A DNA stretch of 64,000 nt from Macrostomum hystrix (Eukaryota; Animalia; Platyhelminthes): positions 9,300,001-9,364,000 of the forward strand of contig CATNEN010000003.1 of NCBI GenBank assembly GCA_950097015.1, in the 5' to 3' direction. The notes beneath the pieces are model-generated. The model worked only from the letters and a program-made list of their open reading frames with translations. It had not been told where the DNA came from and ran no database searches. How positions within the stretch are numbered: the first letter of the stretch is position 1; each line of letters starts with the position of its first letter. The position numbers were made by a program, and so were the translations under genes. Positions 10,043 to 22,104 of the stretch are shown piece after piece.

Positions 10043-12047
10043 TTAATCCACCTTTGGTAGAGCGCTCGCTCTGGTTTCCGTTCCGGGCAGCACTTTTCTC
10101 ATCCTGCCACCAGCGTCTTCCGGGTTGAATAGCCGACAGCTACTGGCAGAGATCGGCAGGAAGCCGCAGATACGTATTTGATGCGGCCTCTGCATCCACC
10201 TGCCAAACAGCTTGTTGAACGCGCACCTTATCCAAAAATAGTCGCGCTCCAGAATATCAGCTACGAGTAGCATCACCAGATACCTGCTCTCAACATCGTG
10301 CTCAATGACGTGGTTCACAGCGGAGGAAAGAACTCCGACCACAAAGTTGATGAACAGCACGGGCACGAACAGCACGTAGGTCATATGCGTGATCAGGAGG
10401 TCGATTCTTTCCATCCTCGCTACGTACAGATTGGTGTCCACTATGTTTAAGGACACTTGGAACGTAGTGTAAAAAGTACTGAGATAGTTCAGGATTGTGT
10501 CACCATCGGTCGTAGAGTTTCCTCCATTAGACAGGTAGTTGCTGCTTTGAAACATTCGTGTGAAAACGCCTGTGATTATCAGGTAGAATGCCATGAACAT
10601 GATGAAGTTCATGAGGCTGCGGTGGAAGCTGGTCATCAGGGTTGCGATTGGCGGCACAAGGCGCATAAACCACACGATGAAGCTGAGGACTGTGAGCAGC
10701 AGGGTCTTGATTGCGCACCCGCTGGCGGGGTAAATCAGTTTGTCGAACACTCTGCAGCTCCACTCGGTGTCCAGGTACACCCACATGAGGAAGGCAGTTG
10801 AAAGCAGCGACGCTTCACATGGAATGAGCCACGGCAGCAGGTCCCTGTAGCTCCTCCGAGGCCATGTGGGATAGCCGACACGCCTTCTGTAGTGCAAACA
10901 TGGATTTCGTACATATAAGATTTCCTTCTTTCATAGCTGCAGGTTCTGAACTGCGCACATTCTGGCTTAACAAAATATGTTTCATGTGCTGAAACACTAA
11001 CCTGTAGAGCTCTTTTCTCATTAAGCCCATTGCAGCAAAGATCAGACCAATTAGAGAGCCAGAAGCCCATAGGAACAGCACAATCAGGATGCCAGTCTGC
11101 GATGATAGTGGCATCCGCACCTGCTGATTGGAGCATCGACTCTGCAGGTAATTGTTGACCCCGGGTCCCAAGAGGACAACTGTTCCCAGAGTCTGCGCGA
11201 AGATCAAGAAGACAAGTGACCGGATGAGCCAGCGGTTGCGGTTGTACAGCGCCTCGACCCAGCGCCTCCACAGGAAGCCGTTGCGAAACACGCCAGCCGC
11301 CTTCAGCTCAGCCAGCGTGGACTGACTGTACACGTCGAGCAGAACGCAGATCGGGCTAGTGAAGAAGGCCAGGTTGTCGCCGAAGCAGTCGGTCACGTCC
11401 ACACTCACGCGCTCTCGAATGCCCTCCGAGTCCGAGTGCAAGTCGCTGCTGGCCAAGTAGTGCAGCATGATGTACTCAACGTGACCAGCCAGTCCCAGGT
11501 ACACGCCCCAGCTCATGGGTGTCATGCCTTGGCTGCTGACCTGCAGCATCTCTGCCTGCTGCCGTCTGCTGAACAGGCAGCGGTGGAAGAGCTCCACGAG
11601 GTCGCGTCCGGTGCCGAGGTCCGTCCGCTGCTCCTCCCGCCTGTCGGACATGAAGCGAATGGCGCTCAGTAGCATGTGGTAGGCCGTGAAGCCTCGCTCC
11701 CTGAGCTGCGCAAAGTCCACGCCGTCCTCGCCTGCCTCGGCCTCGTGCATGAGTCGCAGGCACCGCTGCGCGTTGTAGAACATGGCCACGAAGAACGGGC
11801 TCGTGGGGAACGGCAGCTCACCGCCGCTCTCCTCCGGCTCGCTCCAGTCGGGGTGATCACGAGCTCGAGCCCCCAGAAAGTCCGAGCTTGTGAGGAAGCC
11901 GGCCCAGTTGGAGCGTCCGAGAGAGTCGCGGAACTGGCGAAGCTCGTCCGCGTTGTCCTCGGACAGGCAGCGGACGAAGGCCAGCCATCGAGTGCTGTCC
12001 ATCAGTAAGTCTTCATTTCGATTGCTCTGAAAACTTGCCATTTTCAT
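10043..12047 (-). CDS. Divergent TRPV-like 6-TM cation channel (~629 aa)
   Basis: Exons 12047-11002 and 10886-10043 joined by a 115-nt GTTAGT..TACAG intron (ELYR|RRVGY, in frame). Degenerate ankyrin region (GFTAYHMLL, GMTPMSWGVYLG), about 6 hydrophobic segments, pore TTFQVSLNIVD, S6 YVLFVPVLFINFVVGVLSSAV, TRP-helix-like ...ILER. Confidence 0.72.
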
Positions 12048-14001
12048 TGTACTCCACAAATCAGATTGAATTTCTGCTTCCAAAATTGGCTCTACTTTGC
12101 AAGTCCTGGATTTCGTTCGACTTCTAGAGGTCAAATCAAGCTAGTGGTGACGTTAAGAGAAACAGTGGTCGTGCATGAGGCTTTATTTGATTATCCTATC
12201 GCATTTGATTGTTTGCCTTGGGTGCACAGCTTAACTGGCAGTGCTCGGGATCATGTCTGTGTTCGTGAGTTGCCCCGGTGTGGCGATGAATGAATTGTAC
12301 AAAGCCAACCATTATTGCTGAAATTCCCTGCAATATGTCAGGTGTTCACTATGGCTACTAATAAATTGCTGAACAATTTAGACAGAGCTTTGTGTGCTTC
12401 TGAGCCAAGTGCAATTAATTAGCTCACCTCGTATCAAAGCTCATATGAATAAGCAGACTTTTAACTAGATACTTATGGATACTATTCCAGCTCTCCTGCA
12501 GGCCTCCAGTTTGATGTCTGTACTGGAGGGCACCATCTCGTTCAGCTTGACCTGAGCTTAACTGAAGCGTGGTTTGCGACTAGTGCTTGATTAAATGACT
12601 GCCACTTCATCAACGAGTTACTATCGTTTTAGCTATAGGCTTTTTGCAGATAATGCCGCACCTTTGAGAGGCCATTTGTTAGCTAGCCATTTAATCCAGA
12701 AGCTGCATGGGCTTACACTTATGCAGCCAATTGCTGGCATGGACTACAAAGTATACGTTACTTTAGTAGTCCTTGCTGAACTTGAAAATAAATCTAGTCA
12801 AATAGACAGATTATACGTGTCCTTCTTCATTTGGCTAGTTTCAACATAGCGATGAGTCGTCGACATGCGATGTATCAAACTGTGAGGACTTGTACATACG
12901 TGAAATGTTCATAATGGACGAAAATTCGGGTTTTTCTATTATTATTAGTAATTCTGCATCCGCACAGTATATATTATGATTTTTAGTCAGTTGTAGCTTA
13001 AAAATTTATTTTCATGCGTTAAGCCTATTCTAGCTGAATAGGCTTAAGTTCAGGTCCTAAATTCAGGCAATGTAAACACCGGAAGATGTATCGCAAAGTG
13101 TCTGATGCGAATAACACTGGCCTGCAGTGCAGACCATTTGTGAATGCACTTAATATCTTCGAAAAAAATATCGAAATATTAATTTGAAACCTTGTATCTT
13201 AATTGATTAATCGCATTCGAAAAAATTAATATTTGTCTGATTCAAATACGACTCCTGCATTATTTTACAATTTAGGATAAAAAATATAACAAATACTACC
13301 CACTTATCTGAGAATATATTTACTAAGGTGTCGATAGTAATTACTATTAAACAAAAGAATAAGTCTAGACTTGAATTATTCGTGTATTTATTACGAACCA
13401 TATTTTATTTGCAACGGAGAATAAGTGTCACTACATTCAAAAACCTTCCCGATTACAAGGTACTAAATTTGAATCAGTGTAGACTGAACGTTTTTTCTTA
13501 ATGCAGGCTCAAATTAGTTTACCTGTATGTATCTAGTAGAAATTTAAAAATTATTTTAATTCTTTGCTAATTTTGGTCATCGATATGTGTCGATTTAGTT
13601 TTTGACATAGCCATATTCTTTTTTTATTTATTTTGTAGCAGTAAAATTCGAAAGTTCCTTCTTCGATTTTTCAATATATTTTATGATGAACTGTCATTAG
13701 CTAGTCAGTTATGAACTAGATCACTAAGCCAGTTCAAAATAAAAAGGATTATAACGAAAAGTTTTTACTTATGATTATAGTGATTAAAGATTAAAGTGAT
13801 TATATAATTTATATACCGGTATTTTCTTAATTCTGTTGAAGAAGGTTGGCTTTTCTTATGCTTTTATTTTCTTAAACATATTGTTTTTCGTTGTATTGTC
13901 ATCACCGTGTTTTTCTAGCCTTAGCGTTTTATAATTCATATAAACCCTCGATAGTTATAATGGCACTTATCTATCGTACATGATTTTTTTACTAGTGACT
14001 C

Positions 14002-14890
14002 GTGAAGGAAACCGTTCTTGAGCTCGCTAAGCCTTTGGAGTCAGAGCACTTTCTCTTTTACCCGTTGGCCGTTCTGCCTCTGACTGTACCTCCAGACGAG
14101 TTAGAAGTTAGGCAGGACAAGTTTGCCCACATATATACTGCATTGTTTTTGAGTGCCTTATCGAGCTGCAGTCGTACATCTGGGACAAAAATGAGCTCCT
14201 TCGTCTAGCCGGACAGCTGCCCGACTGCGCTGTGCCTCACTGTCATGATTCACTAGAAGTCTGAAGACAAAGAAAGTGCTAGAACTTTGATCAAGACTGA
14301 GAAGCAGCACAAAAGTATGAGGCGCTTGAGTCCTAGCGATGTACAAGACCTTAAAAACATCAGCTCAGACTGGCTGTGGCGATTCTGTTTCATTCACCGC
14401 AAGCTTCCAGAGATGGAATTTCTGCCTGAATTCTCCAGGTCCTTAATCTGCGCCAAGAGTCCTGATCGAGGTGCAGCTCACCTGTACGTGAACTTCCGCT
14501 GCCTGTGGTAAAGCTTCATTGCAGAGATTCTTGGTGATTCTCAATAGACGGACAGCTGCATGGTATCAGGAGCTAATGGACAGTCCAGCTAGGTAGCGAG
14601 GACCTGGAAGAACTGCGCACGCTAGCTGAATTCAGTGACAAGCCGAATCACCTGGACTTTTGCATGAGGCAAGCGGTGAATCTGAAGCAGGAAAACATAC
14701 TTCTGTCAAGAGATTATAATTTTCTGATAAAATTAAAGGTGAAACAGAGAACTACCTTTGCTGAACAGAGAAGTCCGTCGATTTGTGACCACGTACTATT
14801 GCTCGTGTTCTGCGTGTCTGTCTGCTACTTCTGTTTTCACTTGGACGTGATTAGGATGCTAGCATCACTGCTTAGCGATGCCTACCGCGC
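14002..14890 (+). pseudogene. Decayed 3' fragment paralogous to the cGLR gene at 15705-22104
   Basis: FYPLAVLPLTVPPDE, DWLWRFCF...RGAAHLYVNFRCLW* and VFCVSVCYFCFHLD match 21020-21860. Contains stops (14206-14208, 14509-14511) and frameshifts; no catalytic exon is present. Confidence 0.82.
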
Positions 14891-15704
14891 TGATTTTACG
14901 AGAGTGAAATTATCTATGTCAAGAGCCTCGAGTAAGATGAAAAAATATGAAATCAAACCAATTCGCTCATTTATTTTTTTATTAAAGCCTTCCAGATCTG
15001 ACATGTTATAGAATATTTAGGTCAGAATATAACGCCAAACCTCTACAAATTTACTATGTTTTACAGCTGGTTAAGCCACAAATAATTAAGTCTAGCTTAA
15101 AAACAAAATTAGTCTCCGTTTAGACTGAGATTAGATCTCCTGACCAAGTCCTCGACGCTCTAACAGCAATGCTAGCAGCTCCTATCCTATCTAACTACAA
15201 AAATGTACATCGGTTTGAAATTTTTCCGTTTGCCACTCAATGCTGAATTATTTTTTACATCAAGTCATGAATAAACGGAATTTTTTGCTTTATGTTCAGT
15301 CTAGTCTAGTTTTGCTTGATCTTATTGATTTTTATGAAACAATTTGCACCATCGAATTGGGGCCTTGTGTATTGCATAGACTTCACGCATTTGTATAATA
15401 CCCTTGGAATAGTAGCTTGCCTCATCCATGATTCGTGAAGATTTTTGTGAAGATTTGGGACACAGTTTCTCTGCTAAAACAGTTATAGTTTCTGAAAATA
15501 CGAGTAGTAGCAGCGTTGATAGTTGTAGTATTATTAATATTATAATATATAAAGCCCATACATGTAACAGCATGTGATGGTTTATATTTCAGTTTTTTGT
15601 TGATACTATCGTAAACTGTCATAAAATAATTTCATGACTGCATTTAAATTTCAGAAAATCTTTGCCGCTATACTACAAGTACATCTGCGTGAATTCTAGG
15701 AAGC

Positions 15705-18700
15705 ATGGCACACGGTGTGCCAGAACGAAAATTTAGCGAAAGCAGCGCTTTTGCGCAGCTGCTGGTGAATTCCAAATGGGAGGAACTGCAGACGCTGCTG
15801 CGAAGCAACCCTTCCAGTGACAATGCGCTCGTCCAGAGAATGCTTCTCTGTGCAGCTTTGAAAGCTGCTAATGAACAAAACTGGCAGGCTGTAGTGAGTC
15901 TGGCTTCAGATCTTAGTAGCAGAGGTTGCTCTCAAAACCGGCTGTCATGGCGCGATGTTTTTAATCAGGAAAACCCCGACAACCCCGACAATCCAAGTCC
16001 AAGTTTCGCAGTCAGAAAATTGTTTGATTGCATGGAATTCGGTGCCAAAGACTTTTGCTGCGTGACAACAGCAAAAGCTGCAGCTGAGAAACGACTGTGG
16101 GACATTGTCGACGAATGCACTAAAAATGCCGAGGCCCTCGCAGCGAAAGACATGTGCCGCTTCTTCGCGATTGGTGCAGCAGTTAAAGCCAGAGAATGTG
16201 GTTTAGTGACAAGGATTTTAGAGGAAATACAAAGCTCCGACCTCAAAAGAAACTGCCTGTTAGATGCAGTTCAAAAACTAAAAGAGTATGTCATGGAAGA
16301 CAACCTTATGAAGCTCATGGAAATCGCAGAGACAACCGAGTTGACTTTAGAGTGCTTCAAAATAGTGCTGACACTGAATTCGAACCATTTTACCAAATCG
16401 AACCAAATTCTGCTTCTGTTGTTGACAAAAGTTACGTATAGCGCCAAAGCGCTCCGTTGCTATGCAGAAGTTGTTAAATTTGCATTCCGTGACTTGGATA
16501 ACGAGCAGTTCGAAAGGTGGGGTCTACTTTGCGACATGCAAAAGCTCGCTAGAGAAAGTAGACTCGGTAAGTTACGTTCTAGCAGTGAGAGTGCAGATGA
16601 TTCAGTCTGGAGTTTCATTATGGACTGCCTAATTATGGAGCCCGATGACAATCAACAAGTCTACTATAATGCTTTGAAAGTTGCGATTCAGCACAAAAAG
16701 TGGTCTGTGGTCTGCCAGATTGTACAAATTCTCGGAACCGGTCGAATTGATGAAGCTGTTGAATATAACAGTTCCTTCCAGGATGTTGTTGCTCGATTCT
16801 TAGAGCTTAAAAGCAGCAACGCGGTTCTCGGGGCTCGCTGCAGTGCCTTGTTATTTTGCCTCGCTTCCGAAGAATGCAAATCTGAAGGTTTAGGCCAGTC
16901 TCAGATAGCCGATATTGTTAAGACTATTATAAATCGTTACAATTGTATGGATCAAGAAACAATTGAAATCATGAGATGTTTTATTCAATCCACTCGTGAG
17001 TTCAAAGATGCGTTTTTCTATTCTGCCTGCTCCTTAGCAATTGAATATAGCAACTGGTCTCTCGTCTGTAACTTGTTTCAAGCTGCTGAAAGCAAGACCA
17101 AACTGACGAAATCATTTCAAAGGTATGACTTGGATGATACAAAAAAGATAGTTGAAAATGCTAAAGAGACTGAGTATCGCAACTTCATATTGAGTAAACT
17201 GCCTGTTATTAAAACAAATTTGTACCCATCAGAGTGCGCAGTATTTGAACGGCAAAATCAACCGGAACTAATTCGCTGTGACGAGCGCCTCTATTCCGTG
17301 TCAGTAAGAAACACGGAATTCAAAAAGACACCGTGCTGTTCATTGTCGTTTTCCCGAAATGAAGAAGAAAACTTCGATACAACTCAAGAAGAAACAATAA
17401 TCGAAAATGAGCAACCAAGCGCTTTTGGATTTTTTATTCGTTTCTTCGCTGAGCCCAGGAGATTGTCACGGACTGTACATCGAGTTGTAACACGACAAAG
17501 AATTGTGACATATGAATGCTGTATCTGCCAGTGCAATTGCAAAAAGCCAATGGTGTGCGGTTCAAAACTTATTGATATGGCTAGGAACGGAGACGATTGG
17601 AATAGCGTGGTCAGAATTGCAATGCGCCATAAAGAGCTTGAAAAAAAGGCTGTCGATTACTTTCTGAACCACTCAAGCAATTGGCTCAAATCATTCAGTT
17701 CAAATGAAGAATACAGAGGTAAAGTTTCAGTTTATTTACACTTTGTTAGACTCAGTGTGCGTCTAAAGGACGTAAACTACGTCATACAAATCATTAATTT
17801 GTTTACCGAACCGGACATTCAAGGCAGAGGAATTTTAACTGCCGTGGGTGCTGCCCTCGATTCCCTCAAAGATAACACGGCTTTAATTCATAATTTGATT
17901 CTTTCCGCAATGAAACATCCCATTTTCTTTGCTGAACAGTGCTGCAACAGAGCATATGACGGGGCTTTCCATGACTCTTCGATTAAGGAGTTTCGAAAAG
18001 AATTGCTCCAAATAGCTGGGGACATATGCCCTGTAGTTAAAGGTCGTCTGATGGCCAAAGAAAAAAGCGAAACCTTCACGAACCCCGTCTTATCCGAGAC
18101 AAATGTGACTTTTCGTCTAGGTCTTAGCCTTCAAAAGATAAAAAACTATACTTGTCGATGCGGCGAATACTCATTGAAGTTTTTGAACGAAAGAGCTCTT
18201 TCACAAGGATTTTCCACAATGTCTTTTCATCCAACAAGAAACTCACTTTGCCAGATGTTGTGGTCCATTGCTGTCGACATAGAGCACTGGCAGCTCGCTG
18301 TTGACCTTCTTCTGGAAATCACTGATCCTGACGACAGAGACGTAAAGTGCCTTTCTGTTTTGCCGAAAGTATTTATAAAAAATCAGCTAAGGCCTGCTTG
18401 CGCAATTCTAATGCTTTTGAGTAACAAGCATGAGCAGGAAAGAAATATGTACTGCTCAAAAGCTTCATATTTTATCGGAAAGTCAGAGACTGTTGCACTC
18501 CTGAAATGCCTGCTCCGAATAGTTACTCAGAAAAAGCAGAAAAAGCGCTGCCACTTCAGAGCCTTCGTTGGAGCCTTAAGAGTACGCAATGTTTCTCTGA
18601 TACTCTTCATTATCAGATCGATAAAAATTGACTTCACAGAACCAGATATCATGCACTTTTTGGCAAATGAAGTACTTTGTGGAGAATTCGAGCTGATAGA

Positions 18701-21700
18701 TCTTATCTTCGGTGAGATGAAACAGTGCACTGAGATTCAAAATGAAAGTGAAGTTCAAACTAGTGCAGAGTTCCATGACATGATTGCAGCCGTGCTGTTC
18801 AAGAGCATGGCAGAGGGTCATGTATCTCTCGCAAGTGCGATCCTCGAGTATGCAGATATTAACTACCGGACTAAGGACGGCAATCAAGACTACAAGGCCG
18901 GAACCACCTTGCTGATTGCAGCTTCTCATTGCGGCCACCACGAACTCGTTGAGGCAATCCTCAAAAAGAAAGCTCGTGTCGATGAAGAGGACAACGAGGG
19001 TCGAACCGCCCTTTGTTGGGCTAGCATTGGTGGAAATCTGCGAACAGTGAAGGTATTAGTTGATGGAGGCGCTAGAATACTACACAAGGATAACACTGGC
19101 ATGACCTGCTTAGCTTTAGCTGATTCGCACTTTGGAAGGCTCAACATTTGTGCATCAAACGCTGATGATAGATCAGATGTCGTGAAGCTCCTTATGCACC
19201 TGGACAAGCAAAAGGATTCCAAGTGAGTTCAATGCGTTTAAAACATCCTTACAGTGAGAGCTACACACGTTAGGAACGAAATTTGAATTTGATGGCATTT
19301 GGGCATAGAAATAATTAATTATAACCAACATCTTTAGGGTATAACTACGGTCGAAGTGAGACTGGAAGAAGGAGTTCCAAAGTGGTGCGAGATGGAACTT
19401 CCATAAACTGCTAACTTTATGTCCTGGAAAGCGCAAATGCTAATTGCAAAAATTACCCTAGAAAGCAACATTTCCCGATGCATGTCAAAACATGATAACA
19501 ATGCCTTCAGGCTGAGAGAAAGTATCCGCAATTCAAGTAGTATTTTTAATATCAACAAATTATACAAATTTATGATAAATTGTTTTTTATCACCTAAATT
19601 TAGAAAGCCGAGGATATCAGACGAGGAAATGAGCCTGGAGTTGCACGATCTTCTAAAAAAGTCTGGATTCACACACCAGAGAGCGCGCCTACAGCAGAAG
19701 ATGGCCGACTTTCTAGAGCAGCTGATGCGAGACGTCACTCAGGAGGACTGGCATCTGACTGGCAGCTATTCCGATGGCTGGGGCAACAGCCTGGAGCAGA
19801 CAAACGGCCGTACCGCCTCAGACTCGGACATTGACTGGACGGTCATCGTAGGCTCTTTAACTAGAGACTGGGGCGAGAACGAGGACACAGCCAAGAGACG
19901 GGAGAAGCTGACGTTTCATCTGTCTGCAGACGCGTCATCAAAAGAGGGCTGCAAATGCTTACAAAGACCATCGCTACTAAGAGTTGAAGACGGACATGCT
20001 AAAATCAAGCGACCTGCAGGTAGGTCGGAAGGATTTATTTGGAGAAGAGCATAAAACTGTATTTGTAACTAAGGCGAGCATGAATGCGAGTATAATCACA
20101 CTCATAAATTTACTCCCAACTATTCCTGTATTATATATTTACACTGTAGAGTAAACATAAAGGATAATTCTGTGGAAGAAAAGAAATGTTATAACATTAG
20201 ACGCTAGAAAGCAGTTCTTTGAAATGGGAATAAAAATGCGAACAGAACTTCCAGCAAGCAAGCCAAATATATACTAGGCCTTTTGCTGTAAGATGAATAG
20301 ATCATGATCTTTATTGCTACAATGCCTTCTTTTCCTTACTGTATACACTTGAATTGCAGGCAGCCAGCCAGCTTCAGCGTCAAGTTTATGTGGGGTCCGT
20401 CCCGCACAGGACATCTGCCACGCATACGCATGCTGCAGCAGCTACAGGCAGGACAGAGTTTCGAAGCTGCTTCCTCAGGCAGCAGACTCACCAGTGCACC
20501 TGGTGACAGCCACAGGGCCAATTCAAAGCAATGAGATGCGTCTGAGCTTCAGCTTCTGGGAAAAGCAGATAATGAGAAAGCTCACGACTGAAAAAGGCCA
20601 ACTGTTTGTCATCATCAAGTTCTTGTTCAAGCGGCTTATTTCAAAAACTTGGCAGACTAGTGGTTTGAAAACTTACCACGCAAGAACATGTCTGTTTTTC
20701 CTTCTAGAACAAAAGCCTGAACCAAGACACTGGCAACCAAAGTATCTTCTAAAGTTACTGAAAGACGCTCTGACGCTTATTATTTCCCAAAATCAAAATA
20801 TCCAATCAAGTCATCCGAGCAGACAAACAAGTGGCGCATTAAATGATGTTTGCATGAAACACTTTTTCATGCCGGACTCGTTCTTGTACTACAAAAATGC
20901 AGGCTTGGGATATCCATTCGACGACACCAATAAGAAAGTCATGGGACGATTATCTGATATATTGAATGATCAAGACGTTTTAAAGCACCTCAAGAAGCAC
21001 CTCAAGCCACTGAGTGCTCGCGAGTTTCACTTTCACCCGTTTGCACTGCTGCCGCTAACAGTGCCACCCGAAGAGTTTGAGAGCCAGTGCAGCCAAAAAT
21101 TCGCTCTTACTTACTGCATTGTCGCCAAGTGTTTGAGGGAACTGCAGTCTGATGAGTGGGACAGGCAGGAGGTCATGCGCTTGTCCGAGCGATTGCCAGA
21201 CCAATGCAAAACTGTCCGATTCTGTCTCACTGTTATGGTGTACCTTAAGTCCGGCAACGCTTTTGACGCGAAAGAATTGCTTCAAAAAGAAGCCAACCAC
21301 AATGTTCTTAGACGGCTCTCAGAAGATGATGTTAAAGATCTGAATAAACTAAAAAAGGACTGGCTGTGGCGGTTCTGCTTTGCCAATCAGGACCAGGAGG
21401 AGATGAAATTCCTGCCTGAATACTCAAGATCATTGTTCTGCGTCAAACGACCAGAACGAGGTGCCGCTCACCTGTATGTGAACTTCCGCTGCCTCTGGTG
21501 GAGTCTTGGAGCAGAGATTCTGGGACCTCCAAACGTTGACAGCTGGTATCTGGAGTTACTTAAGGACCCAGATAGCGAAGACTTTGAGGAGCTACGGACT
21601 TTAGCCACATTCAGCTCAAATTCGATTCATCAGAAGTTTTGCAAAGCGAAGATCGGAAACTTACATAACGAAAAGCGACTTCAGCCGTCCGATTTTGAAT

Positions 21701-22104
21701 GCATGGAGAAGGCAAAAAAAGAGAAGGAGAAGGAAATTATGCGTCACTTCGGTTCTCTTAGATCACTGCTGAATGTGGACCAAATCATATGGATTCTGTT
21801 TGCCGTCTCTGTCTGCTATTACTTCTACTTTCATCTGGACACAATTCGGCTGGTTTTGTCTCCGTTGGCCAATTTTCCAATCGATTTGGTTTGTATCGTC
21901 TTCAGTACCGTGAGATTTGCAGTGCTAGCAGTCGTAAAGCTAACTTTTAACGTACTTTTTTTCACCCTGAAAATACCCTTAATGATTATATTTTTTGTTC
22001 TGAAGCTATTATTTTATTTCTTTCTACTCGTTATTAAGTTAATGATAGGTACGACAGTTCTTCTTCTATTAATGCGTTTTTTACTTAAGCACGCTGAAAT
22101 TTAA
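15705..22104 (+). CDS. Large helical/ankyrin-repeat + Mab-21 nucleotidyltransferase (cGAS-like receptor, cGLR) + C-terminal hydrophobic/TM protein (~1,892 aa)
   Basis: Exons 15705-19222 (AA|GTGAGT), 19604-20019 (TTAG|A; LTGSYSDG...SDIDW), 20360-22104 (QDICHAY; MRLSFSFWEK; LKTYHARTCLFF; CMKHFFMP). Phases 2 and 1 match, and the total of 5679 nt is divisible by 3. Ankyrins GTTLLIAASHCGHHELVEAIL and GRTALCWASIGGNLRTVKVLV. Confidence 0.82.

Noticed and set aside
10815-11001. Programmed frameshift or pseudogene in the TRP-like gene
   Set aside because: A canonical 115-nt intron restores the frame.
15705-19226. Stand-alone 1173-aa ankyrin protein
   Set aside because: The stop lies within a consensus GTGAGT donor that is phase-matched to the NTase exon; a short isoform cannot be excluded.
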